From a virus (Duplodnaviria > Caudoviricetes), in IMG/VR virus record IMGVR_UViG_3300032335_000831, positions 1 to 32,352 of that record: 32,352 nucleotides of DNA; one strand, written 5' to 3'. The notes beneath the pieces are model-generated. The model was not told where the DNA came from. It searched no databases and saw nothing but the letters and a program-made list of their open reading frames with translations. The translations under genes and the position numbers were made by a program. The first letter of the stretch is position 1, and every line of letters starts with the position of its first letter. This document shows positions 21,816 to 30,787 of this stretch, piece by piece.

Positions 21816-21931
21816 ATCCTCCTAATAGACCGCCCTGCGAAGTGCTTGCGGCATACCCTCTATTGTCTACGTGGCTAGACACGAGTCACTAGGACAAACC
21901 CTAACATCTCGCCAAGAATGGTAGGTAGTCT
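21816..21931. promoter_or_regulatory. Promoter module 4 (leftward island; possible rightward partner promoter)
   Basis: TAGGACAAACCCTA (21890-903), TGTCTAC-N4-CTAGACA (21864-81), leftward GACAAT (21862-67), rightward TAGTCT (21926-31). Confidence 0.65.
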
Positions 21932-22149
21932 GACGGAGCCGGAAATTGTGTGTTTCATTGGGGAAACAGGGGGAAAGAGCCGGGGCAACCGCCTCGCCCG
22001 CCGGATCACGCACGCGCAATAGTCATCCAGCCGCCTTGCCGACGACAATCTACTACTTGCGTACTACTTTGTCGCCATTCCGTGCGCTCGACGACAATCA
22101 GCTAGGGCTGCGGTCAACCTGGGCCGCGCCATGATAGGCCGGAGTCGGA

Positions 22150-22256
22150 TGAGGGGGGGGGAGGTCCGAGGGGTGGTGGGTCAATGGTGGCGTAAGCCCC
22201 GCGAACAATTTTTATTTAGACCGCGCGTAATTTTTTGCGAACAATTTTTATTTTTT
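22150..22256. other. G-tract plus 17-bp direct repeat; candidate packaging/terminus region
   Basis: G9 at 22153-61; GCGAACAATTTTTATTT at 22201-17 and 22237-53; non-coding between terS and terL. Confidence 0.4.
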
Positions 22257-22519
22257 GGTAAGCCTATGCCAACAGTGCGTTGCTGGTTGCTTGTTTTGAT
22301 TGTGGGCATAGACCAGGCACCCGAGAGGGGTGTGTACTCTTTGGAGAGTGAGCCTCTGGTTTGTCTAGGTTAGGGTTGTTGTACCCTCCACGCAACTGGT
22401 CCCGTTCAGAGTCTGGTCTTACTGAAGTACCGCATGGTTCACCATGTTTATCGTGGTTGGTCGGCTCAACCTTCCACAGGGCTGGGTGATGGCCCCCTTG
22501 TTTTGAGTATACTTGTTTT

Positions 22520-24043
22520 ATGCAAACGCTAGTGTACAAACCGGAAGACGAACAAGAGTTGATGGCTACTCTGTGGATGCCTGCTATTGCAGATGATCCA
22601 GAGGCGTTTGTGATGTTTGCGTTTCCGTGGGGGAAAGAGGGTACGCCGTTGGAGCACTTCAGTGGGCCGCGTAAGTGGCAGCGTGAGGTGTTGCGTGATG
22701 TTGCTTCATACGTAAAACGGCAAAAAGGTCTTGTAGATTTTGAGACGTTGAGACATGCGGTGTCTTCTGGTCGCGGTATTGGCAAATCTGCTTTGGTGTC
22801 GTGGTTGACGATTTGGATGTTGTCTACCCGTATCGGGTCTACAACGATTGTTTCTGCCAACTCTGAGTCTCAGCTACGCTCGGTCACATGGGCTGAGATC
22901 ACCAAGTGGTTGGCCATGTCTATCAACAGCCATTGGTTTGAGATTTCTGCAACCAAAGTTGCGCCGGCTGCTTGGTTAACTACGCTGGTTGAAAAAAATC
23001 TAAAAAAAGGCACGAGGTATTGGGCTATTGAAGGCCGGTTGTGGTCTGAAGAAAACCCCGATGCGTATGCGGGTGTCCACAATTACGATGGCGTAATGGT
23101 TATTTTTGACGAGGCGTCGGGTATTGCTGATGCAATCTGGTCTGTTACTGGGGGCTTTTTTACTGAAAACACCCCAAAACGGATGTGGTTTGCGTTTTCT
23201 AACCCCCGGCGAAATTCAGGGTATTTTTACGAGACTTTTCACTCAAAACGGGATTTTTGGACTTCTAGAGTTGTAGATGCCAGAACCGTTGAGGGCACTG
23301 ACAAACAGGTCTATGAACAGATCATCCAAGAGTACGGGCCTGATTCGTCTCAAGCCCATGTAGAGGTCTATGGTCAGTTTCCCAGTGAGGGTGATGACCA
23401 GTTCATTGGCAGTTTGTTGGTAGACGAGGCAATGAAACAGCCTGCTTACCAAGACTTTAGCGCCCCGATTGTGATGGGCGTAGACCCTGCCCGCTTTGGT
23501 GCTGACGCTACCGTAATTGCTATTCGCTGTGGACGTGATTTGGTCAAGGTTATCAGGCATCGAGGCGATGACACCATGACTGTGGTGGGTCATGTAATTG
23601 ATGCCATCGAGCAATTTAAGCCTGCTCTGGTTAACATTGACGAAGGCGGTCTAGGCGCTGGCATTGTTGACCGGCTAAAAGAGCAACGCTACAAAATTAG
23701 AGGCGTAAATTTTGGCAACAAAGCCAAAAACCCCATTATGTACGGCAACAAACGGGCAGAAATGTGGGGCGAAATGAAGAATTGGCTCAAAACAGCCAGT
23801 ATTCCTAAAGACCGCTTCTTGAAAACAGACCTGATTTCGCCTAAGATCAAGCCCGATTCCCGTGGAACCATATTTTTGGAGTCTAAAAAAGACATGAAAA
23901 GCCGTGGTTTGGCTTCTCCTGACGCTGCGGATGCATTGGCATTGACGTTTGCGTTCTCCGTGGCGCATCGGGAACAACGTCAGACTCAAAGTCATTCCAA
24001 AGGTTACGGGTTTAACTCAACAACTTCTTGGATGGGGGCGTAA
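22520..24043 (+). CDS. terL: Terminase large subunit
   Basis: Walker A SSGRGIGKS, Walker B VIFDEAS, coupling SNP, nuclease MGVDPARFGADAT and SPDAADALALTFA. Confidence 0.96.
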   Translation: MQTLVYKPEDEQELMATLWMPAIADDPEAFVMFAFPWGKEGTPLEHFSGPRKWQREVLRDVASYVKRQKGLVDFETLRHAVSSGRGIGKSALVSWLTIWMLSTRIGSTTIVSANSESQLRSVTWAEITKWLAMSINSHWFEISATKVAPAAWLTTLVEKNLKKGTRYWAIEGRLWSEENPDAYAGVHNYDGVMVIFDEASGIADAIWSVTGGFFTENTPKRMWFAFSNPRRNSGYFYETFHSKRDFWTSRVVDARTVEGTDKQVYEQIIQEYGPDSSQAHVEVYGQFPSEGDDQFIGSLLVDEAMKQPAYQDFSAPIVMGVDPARFGADATVIAIRCGRDLVKVIRHRGDDTMTVVGHVIDAIEQFKPALVNIDEGGLGAGIVDRLKEQRYKIRGVNFGNKAKNPIMYGNKRAEMWGEMKNWLKTASIPKDRFLKTDLISPKIKPDSRGTIFLESKKDMKSRGLASPDAADALALTFAFSVAHREQRQTQSHSKGYGFNSTTSWMGA

Positions 24044-24303
24044 TGGCTAAAAAAGGCGTTTCTCTAAGCGTTGGACGGGGTGAAAAACTGCCCGTTAGCA
24101 AAGGCGCTGGTTTGACCGCCAAAGGCCGCGAGAAGTACAACGCAGCTACTGGCTCCAACCTTAAGGCGCCAGCACCTAACCCCAAGACCAAGGCCGACGC
24201 TGGCCGCAAGGCGAGCTTCTGCGCCCGCATGGAGGGCGTCGTCAAGCACGCCAAAGGCGACGCCGAGCGCGCTAAGGCATTACTCAAACGATGGAAGTGC
24301 TGA
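24043..24303 (+). CDS. Small basic phage protein (GLTAKGR.KYN...RKASFCARM)
   Basis: TAATG overlap with the terL stop; Lys/Ala-rich. Confidence 0.8.
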   Translation: MAKKGVSLSVGRGEKLPVSKGAGLTAKGREKYNAATGSNLKAPAPNPKTKADAGRKASFCARMEGVVKHAKGDAERAKALLKRWKC

Positions 24304-24305
24304 TT

Positions 24306-24464
24306 ATGGCTACTAAACCCGGACTCTACGCTAATATCCACGCCAAGCGCGAGCGCATCAAAGAAGGCTCGGGCGAGAAGATGAGGAAACCGGGCTCGCC
24401 CGGCGCTCCTACCAAAAAAGACTTTGTACAGTCTGCCAAAACGGCCAAGAAAGGCAAAAAATGA
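24306..24464 (+). CDS. Small basic phage protein (GLYANIHAKRERI..GSGEKMRKPG), 52 aa
   Basis: Hand translation; ATGA-coupled to the next gene. Confidence 0.75.
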   Translation: MATKPGLYANIHAKRERIKEGSGEKMRKPGSPGAPTKKDFVQSAKTAKKGKK

Positions 24465-24646
24465 GCAAACACCTTGAACCCATCAGCAAACTCAACGCCC
24501 GTGAGCCGAAAATGTCCGGCGGCGGGATGCCTGACCGCAACAAGGAGACTTACTCCAAAATGCCGGGCATGGGCTGCCACGGCAGCATTCCGTCGGGCAC
24601 CAACGTCAAAGCCACGGTTGCTAAGGTTCTGAGCAAGATCAAGTAA
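24461..24646 (+). CDS. Small basic hypothetical protein (61 aa)
   Basis: Fills the gap up to the portal gene. Confidence 0.6.
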   Translation: MSKHLEPISKLNAREPKMSGGGMPDRNKETYSKMPGMGCHGSIPSGTNVKATVAKVLSKIK

Positions 24647-24648
24647 TC

Positions 24649-26829
24649 ATGCCTCAAGACTACACAGGAATCGCCGCCGCTGGGGCGGTTAGCGAGGGTG
24701 GATCGGCCAAAGACAAGAGCGACTCTGAAGTGCTCTCAACGGCTCGATCTCGCCTTAACATGGCGATTTCTGCGTTGTCTGAGTCGCGTGAAGACGAGTT
24801 GGACGACCTGCGCTTTTACGCCGGCTCGCCTGACAACCACTGGCAGTGGCCGGCTGACGTGCTTGCCACTCGCGGCGCGGTGCAAGGCCAAACGATCAAC
24901 GCTAGGCCGTGCCTGACAGTCAACAAGCTGCCGCAGCACGTTCATCAAGTGACCAACGAGCAGCGGCAAAACAGGCCGCAGCCCAAGGTCATCCCCGCAG
25001 ACGACGGCGCTGACGTTGAGGTAGCCGAAATTTTTAACGGCATGATTCGGCACATCGAGTACATCTCGGACGCCGACGTGGCCTACGACACGGCCTGCGA
25101 GAATCAAGTGTCCTACGGCGAGGGCTACGCTCGCATTTTGACCGAGTATTGCGACGACAACACGTTTGATCAAGACATCAAGATCGGGCGCATTCGCAAC
25201 AGCTTTAGCGTCTACATGGACCCGTTAATTCAAGACCCGTGCGGTTCAGACGCCCGCTGGTGCTTTATAACTGAAGACATTCCCAAAGACGAGTACGAGC
25301 GCCAATACCCAGACGCTGCGCCTATCACCACGTTGCAAACGCTAGGCGTGGGCGACCAAGGTTTTAGCCAATGGATGAACGAAAACACGGTGCGTATTGC
25401 CGAGTACTTTTACGTCGAACACACCAAAGAAACGCTAAACCTGTACCCTGGAAATGCAACGGCGTTTCAAGGCACGCCCGAAGATAAGATGATGCGGGCG
25501 CAGTTTGGCAAGCCTCTACGCTCGCGCCCATCTGACCGCAAAAAAGTTAAGTGGTTAAAAATTAATGGATACGAGGTGTTAGAACGGTCTGACTGGGCCG
25601 GTGCTTACATCCCTGTCATTCGTTGCGTGGGCAACGAGTTCGAGGTTGAAGGCCGGTTGTACGTCAGCGGCCTTGTGCGTAACGCTAAAGATGCGCAGCG
25701 CATGTACAACTACTGGGTCAGCCAAGAAGCAGAAATGCTGGCCTTAGCACCCAAGGCACCCTTTATAGGTTACGGTGGCCAGTTTGAAGGCTACGAAACA
25801 CAGTGGAAAACTGCAAACACCCAAAACTGGCCTTACCTTGAAGTAAACCCAGACGTTACAGACGGCCAAGGTGCAGTTTTGCCGTTGCCTCAACGGGCGC
25901 AGCCCCCAATGGCTTCTAGCGGTTTGCTGCAAGCCAAAGCAGGCGCTTCTGACGACATTAAATCGTCAACCGGCCAGCACAACGCTGCGCTAGGAATGAC
26001 ATCCAACGAGCGCAGCGGTAAAGCTATTTTGGCTCGACAAAAAGAGTCAGATACTGGCACCTATCACTACGTTGACAACTACGCCCGGTTTATTCGTTAT
26101 ATCGGACGGCAGTTGATTGACCTGATTCCAAAAATTTACGATACGCAGCGCATTGCCCGAATCGTCGGCGAGGACGGCGAGTCCAAAATGATCAAGATCA
26201 ACCCAATGCAGCCTGAGCCGGTTAAGAAGATCCGCGACGAGCGTGGCATTGTGGTCGAAAAGATCTACAACCCCGGCGTCGGCAAGTACGACGTTATGGT
26301 CATCACCGGGCCCGGCTTTGCCACCAAGCGCCAAGAGTCGCTGGAGGCGATGGCCCAACTTCTGCAAGGCAACCCAGACCTTTGGCGCGTGGCTGGCGAC
26401 CTGTTTGTCAAAAACATGGACTGGCCGGGCGCTCAAGAGATGTCTCAGCGGTTTGCCAAGGTCATCGACCCGGCGATCATCGGCAATGACGAGGACAATC
26501 CGGCGCTGGCTGCGGCCAAGCAGCAGATGGAGGCCATGAACCAAGAGATGCAGCAGATGGCCGGGATGCTTCAGAACGTGCAGAAGTCGATGGAAGCCCG
26601 TGATCTGTCGATCAAGGAGTTTGAGGCCGAGATCAAGGCGTACCAGGCCGAGACGCAGCGCATCAGTGCGGTGCAGGCCGGCATGACCGAGCAGCAGATT
26701 CAGGACATCGCTATGGGCGTCGTAGCGGCTGCGATGGAGAGCAACAACCTGAATTCGCAGATGCCGGAGATGCAGCCAGAGATGATGGATCAGCCCCCGA
26801 TGATGCCACCTGAAGGAGCCATGCAATGA
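24649..26829 (+). CDS. Portal protein (P22-like)
   Basis: 726 aa; DLRFYAG...QW, RPCLTVNKL, GLVRNAKDAQRMYNYW, SGKAILARQ, GKYDV....GP.F.TKRQE; long C-terminal coiled coil. Confidence 0.95.
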   Translation: MPQDYTGIAAAGAVSEGGSAKDKSDSEVLSTARSRLNMAISALSESREDELDDLRFYAGSPDNHWQWPADVLATRGAVQGQTINARPCLTVNKLPQHVHQVTNEQRQNRPQPKVIPADDGADVEVAEIFNGMIRHIEYISDADVAYDTACENQVSYGEGYARILTEYCDDNTFDQDIKIGRIRNSFSVYMDPLIQDPCGSDARWCFITEDIPKDEYERQYPDAAPITTLQTLGVGDQGFSQWMNENTVRIAEYFYVEHTKETLNLYPGNATAFQGTPEDKMMRAQFGKPLRSRPSDRKKVKWLKINGYEVLERSDWAGAYIPVIRCVGNEFEVEGRLYVSGLVRNAKDAQRMYNYWVSQEAEMLALAPKAPFIGYGGQFEGYETQWKTANTQNWPYLEVNPDVTDGQGAVLPLPQRAQPPMASSGLLQAKAGASDDIKSSTGQHNAALGMTSNERSGKAILARQKESDTGTYHYVDNYARFIRYIGRQLIDLIPKIYDTQRIARIVGEDGESKMIKINPMQPEPVKKIRDERGIVVEKIYNPGVGKYDVMVITGPGFATKRQESLEAMAQLLQGNPDLWRVAGDLFVKNMDWPGAQEMSQRFAKVIDPAIIGNDEDNPALAAAKQQMEAMNQEMQQMAGMLQNVQKSMEARDLSIKEFEAEIKAYQAETQRISAVQAGMTEQQIQDIAMGVVAAAMESNNLNSQMPEMQPEMMDQPPMMPPEGAMQ

Positions 26830-27191
26830 GCACCGCCGCAGACTTCATGGGCCTCTTGTTCTTGGCCCGCGACGTGGCCCACTCGGTGCATCTGAACACG
26901 CGCAGCTACTCCAAGCATGTGGCGCTCAACACCTTCTACGACACCATCATCGACCACGCTGATGCGTTTGCCGAGGCGTACCAAGGGCGCCACGGGCTGA
27001 TTGGCCCCATTACCCTACACTCGGCCAAGAAGACGACCAACATCACCGAGTTCCTTGAGGCATCGCTGGCCGAGATTGAGGAGATGCGCTACAAGGTGGC
27101 GAAAAAAGAAGACACCTCGTTGCAGCAGTTGATTGATAATATCGTCGAACTGTACTTGACCACCTTGTACAAACTCAAATTCCTGGCGTAA
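26826..27191 (+). CDS. Ferritin-like four-helix protein
   Basis: AH..HL.T.SY.KH.AL..FYD......D.FAE.YQG and YKLKFL motifs. Confidence 0.7.
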   Translation: MSTAADFMGLLFLARDVAHSVHLNTRSYSKHVALNTFYDTIIDHADAFAEAYQGRHGLIGPITLHSAKKTTNITEFLEASLAEIEEMRYKVAKKEDTSLQQLIDNIVELYLTTLYKLKFLA

Positions 27192-27198
27192 AGGACAC

Positions 27199-27510
27199 AT
27201 GATGGAACTCCTCAACCCGATGAGCAAAGCGGATTTCCCCGCGTACACTGCAACTGCCGGTGCTACTGCGGGCAACACGACCGCATGGGGCCCTGGCCCG
27301 CAAGGCGTACTGGTGTGGTGCGACCAATCCTGCTACGTTGAAGTGGGCGTGGGGGCCGTGGCTACTAGCGCCAGTACCCCGATCCCGGCCTTCACGCCCA
27401 TCCCGTTTGTTGTGCCGCTGAACACGACCGGCGCCCCCTGGCGCGTCAGCGTGCTGCGGATCGGCAGCACCGACGGCACCGCGTACGCCAAACCTATCAA
27501 CAAGCAATGA
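27199..27510 (+). CDS. Hypothetical virion protein (103 aa)
   Basis: AAGGA SD; beta-rich, Thr/Ala/Pro-rich. Confidence 0.7.
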   Translation: MMELLNPMSKADFPAYTATAGATAGNTTAWGPGPQGVLVWCDQSCYVEVGVGAVATSASTPIPAFTPIPFVVPLNTTGAPWRVSVLRIGSTDGTAYAKPINKQ

Positions 27511-27671
27511 GCTTCTTTGGCCCTGATCTTCGCAACTCGGTTGCCATTGGCCTTGGCGGCATCATTTCGCTGTTTTCTGGCCGCGCTGAAGAACAGGCGC
27601 AGAGCAATCTTCTTACCGAGTCTGGCGACAACCTCGTGCAAGAGGACAATGGCTTGATTCTCTTGGAGTGA
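27507..27671 (+). CDS. 54-aa protein ending LLTESGDNLVQEDNGLILLE
   Basis: Hand translation; ATGA-coupled; the LLxExG repeat is typical of tail-associated peptides. Confidence 0.65.
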   Translation: MSFFGPDLRNSVAIGLGGIISLFSGRAEEQAQSNLLTESGDNLVQEDNGLILLE

Positions 27672-27676
27672 CCTAA

Positions 27677-29914
27677 ATGGCCGTCAATCTTTCCCCAGTG
27701 GGCGGCGTTGCGGCCCAGTTCTTCACCAACACCGGCGCTGTCCTGACGGGCGGCAAGCTGTTCACCTATGCGGCTGGCACCACCACGCCTGCAACCGCCT
27801 ACACCTCGTCCAACGGCGCCACAGCTTGGACCAACCCCATCGTGCTGGACTCCGCTGGCCGGGTGCCTGGCGGCGGCGAGATTTGGATAACCGACGGCAT
27901 CCTGTACAAGTTCTTGCTCAAGGACGCCAACGACGTTCTGATCGCCACCTACGACAACATCAGCGGCATCAACAGCAACTTCGTTGCCTTTGTCAACCAG
28001 CAAGAAATCGTCACGGCCACCGCAGGCCAGACGGTGTTCAACCTTGGCATCAGCTATCAGCCTGGCACGAACAGCCTATCGGTGTTTGTTGACGGCGTTA
28101 ACCAGTATGGCCCTGGCGCTTTGTACGCATACACCGAGACTGACGCCGACACGGTGACGTTCACCAGCGGCCTGCATGTTGGTGCAGAGGTCAAGTTCAC
28201 TACAAGTCAGTTGCAAGGCGGCGGCGCTGTAGACGCGCAACAGGTGTCGTATCAGCCGCCGTTTACGGGGTCTGTGGCTACCAACGTAGAAGTTAAGCTG
28301 GCTGAGTATTTAAGCGCAGCCGATTTTGGCGTAGTGGGCAACGGGATTGCTGACGATACGGCGGCGTTGCAAGCGTTTTTCAACCAAGCGCAAATAATGG
28401 GTGGCGATTGCATACTGCCCAAAGGCACCTATCGAGTCACTTCACCCATTCTAATTTACGAAACCGGCACGCAGCGTCACGACGGCGCGAGAATTCGCGG
28501 CGCGGGACTTAACGACACAATCATTGATTTTCGAGGTTCTGGGCGCGTTTTTGACATTCGCGGCATCCCAGCATCAAATGGAAGCGGCACTCAAACAGGC
28601 ACCTATTTTATTTGGGGCCTTGAGATGTCTAACTTTACGATTGACGGTGCAAACAAAACCGGCACAACTGACGGGTTTAGATTGGTTGGAGTGTGGAACT
28701 CCATATTCCAAAACTTAACAATAAAAAACCTTCGTTACGGCATCGTCAGCGAAGGCGATCTTACTTACAACTCAAATCCTGACTGGTCAAGCACCGCAAA
28801 TTGCAAAATAGACACTTGCAATTTTGAAAGGCTAACAGAAACAGGTTTTTACAACTCTGTAGTCCAAGCAGCGTCTGGATGGTCATTTAGCCACTCGTTG
28901 TTTGTGTTGTGCGGCCAATCTGGTATTCGTTTGGCGTCAGGCGGTATTCGAATTACTGAATGTGGATTTGCTGGTTGCGGTTGGTCTTCTGAAATTGCAA
29001 CGCCAAACGTAAACGGCGCCGGTATTGTGTTTAGTGGCAGTGTCACTGTTACTAGCCAAATCACCGTAGAAAATTGCGAGTTTGACACAAACTTTACCGC
29101 GCATATTGACTTTGAGTACGCAGGCGGCATTCGACTAAGTGGCAATCGGTACATTTTTAACGACCGATATAGCTACAGCGCCATATGCCCGACTGCTGGC
29201 GCGGTTCGCATAGCAGCATTCAGCGCCAGCAATGCTGTGCAAAACGTTTTGTTTAGCAATGAATTTTTCAGGCTCGATGCTGGCCCGACAGTCGGAACGC
29301 CTATTTGCTTTAACTTTGCCAATAACGCAAACGTACAAAACATCCGGGTGTTTGGCGCGTCTTTTTCGGACAACAACGCGACGCTAAACTTTACTCGGGT
29401 CACAGGTCAAACTTCGTCAAATTTTTGGGTGCGTAACAACTACGATCTGCAACTCAGTGACCTGTCAAGTTTGACCTCAATTGTTCCTGGCCGGCCTTTT
29501 GCTGAGTACATTGGACAAGTTACAGGCACGCCTTCAACCGCAGGCGGAAACGTAGAGACTGTGCTGCCGTTTGGCACGCAAGAATCTGTCAACACCCAAA
29601 TTTTTGCCGCCACTTTGTACAACACGACCACCGGCGTGTTTACTTGCCCAGTTGCCGGGTACTATGACGTTGATTTTGTTGTCCCTCTTCAGGCATCAAT
29701 TTCAACTGACTACAACACCTTTAGGCTGTATAAAAACACTACTCTTGTCACTGAGTGGTCGGGCACGGGTACAGGGGGCACACGCACCTATTACCAAGGC
29801 CGATACCGTGTGTTTTGCAACGCAACCGATACGCTAGAAATGCGTGAGGTGTGTTCAGTGGCTAGGGTTATTACAGGCGGCTATTCTTATTTGAGAATTT
29901 CGCTCAACCGTTAA
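27677..29914 (+). CDS. Tailspike/receptor-binding protein 1 (anchor domain, pectate-lyase-like beta-helix, C1q-like end)
   Basis: GGKLFTYAAGTTTP..NPIVLDSAGR; DFGVVGNGIADDTAALQA; Asn/Gly/Cys-rich repeats; YNTTTGVFTCPVAGYY. Confidence 0.85.
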   Translation: MAVNLSPVGGVAAQFFTNTGAVLTGGKLFTYAAGTTTPATAYTSSNGATAWTNPIVLDSAGRVPGGGEIWITDGILYKFLLKDANDVLIATYDNISGINSNFVAFVNQQEIVTATAGQTVFNLGISYQPGTNSLSVFVDGVNQYGPGALYAYTETDADTVTFTSGLHVGAEVKFTTSQLQGGGAVDAQQVSYQPPFTGSVATNVEVKLAEYLSAADFGVVGNGIADDTAALQAFFNQAQIMGGDCILPKGTYRVTSPILIYETGTQRHDGARIRGAGLNDTIIDFRGSGRVFDIRGIPASNGSGTQTGTYFIWGLEMSNFTIDGANKTGTTDGFRLVGVWNSIFQNLTIKNLRYGIVSEGDLTYNSNPDWSSTANCKIDTCNFERLTETGFYNSVVQAASGWSFSHSLFVLCGQSGIRLASGGIRITECGFAGCGWSSEIATPNVNGAGIVFSGSVTVTSQITVENCEFDTNFTAHIDFEYAGGIRLSGNRYIFNDRYSYSAICPTAGAVRIAAFSASNAVQNVLFSNEFFRLDAGPTVGTPICFNFANNANVQNIRVFGASFSDNNATLNFTRVTGQTSSNFWVRNNYDLQLSDLSSLTSIVPGRPFAEYIGQVTGTPSTAGGNVETVLPFGTQESVNTQIFAATLYNTTTGVFTCPVAGYYDVDFVVPLQASISTDYNTFRLYKNTTLVTEWSGTGTGGTRTYYQGRYRVFCNATDTLEMREVCSVARVITGGYSYLRISLNR

Positions 29915-29926
29915 AAAGGAACAGAA

Positions 29927-30778
29927 ATGGCTGACTTAAAAATCTCTGCGCTACCCGCAGCCACCACACCGCTTGCGGGTAGTGAGGTATTGCCAATTGT
30001 TCAAAGCAGCACAACTAGACAAGTCAGCGTTGCTAACTTGACCGCTGGCCGTGCTGTTTCTGTTGCTGGGCTTACGTCAACAAGCAACGTAACCTTAAGC
30101 ACAAACGCCACTTATTTTCGGGGCGTTACGTCAGGTGCCGCCACCACCCGAATGCTGGGCATCAACAGTGCTAACACTGTCTACATGGGAAGCATTGATA
30201 CTCAAGCAGCCGGTGGGGTAATTTTCATCAACGGCACTGAGTTCATGAATGTTGATCTCAGCAACAACGTCACATTTTCTGCTGGCAACCTTGTCCAAGG
30301 CACCGCAGCTAAAGGCATCAACTTCACCGCCAACACCCCCGCAGCGGGGATGACGAGCCAGTTGCTGAACTGGTATGAGGAGGGGACGTTTACACCCACC
30401 ATAGGCGGCGATAGCGTAGCGGGTGTTCAAACCTACAACACTCAAGTTGGTTTTTACACTCGTTTCGGCAACCGAGTTGAATTTAACTTGCGAATTGTTT
30501 TAACGGCAAAAGACGCGGCCACCGCAGGAAATTTAATTGTTGGTGGACTGCCATTTACAAGCAATAACACGGTTTCAAATTTTCACGCGGTAGCTGTTGG
30601 GAATGCTGGATTTTTTACCCTAACCTCTCTGTATACACAATTAGAAGCGCATATAGAAAGAGGTCTTAATTATGCGTATTTGGGTCAAATTGGTAGCGGC
30701 CTCGCGTATTCTTACTTGCAAGCATCAGCATTTGCGGCCAACAGCAGAATAAACCTATCTGGTCATTACATGATCTAA
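29927..30778 (+). CDS. Tail fibre-like protein (283 aa)
   Basis: MADLKISALPAA...G.EVLPIVQ N-terminus; YEEGTFTPT, G.YTRFGNRV and GLPF motifs. Confidence 0.75.
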   Translation: MADLKISALPAATTPLAGSEVLPIVQSSTTRQVSVANLTAGRAVSVAGLTSTSNVTLSTNATYFRGVTSGAATTRMLGINSANTVYMGSIDTQAAGGVIFINGTEFMNVDLSNNVTFSAGNLVQGTAAKGINFTANTPAAGMTSQLLNWYEEGTFTPTIGGDSVAGVQTYNTQVGFYTRFGNRVEFNLRIVLTAKDAATAGNLIVGGLPFTSNNTVSNFHAVAVGNAGFFTLTSLYTQLEAHIERGLNYAYLGQIGSGLAYSYLQASAFAANSRINLSGHYMI

Positions 30779-30787
30779 GGAAAAACA

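Noticed and set aside
21946-22860. ORFs 21946-22134, 22131-22373 (+) and 22264-22860 (-)
   Set aside because: They run through G-tracts and repeats or antisense to terL and do not look protein-like.
26047-26826. 259-aa His/Leu-rich minus-strand ORF
   Set aside because: Shadow of the portal C-terminus; the composition follows from the reverse complement of ATG/CAG-rich codons.
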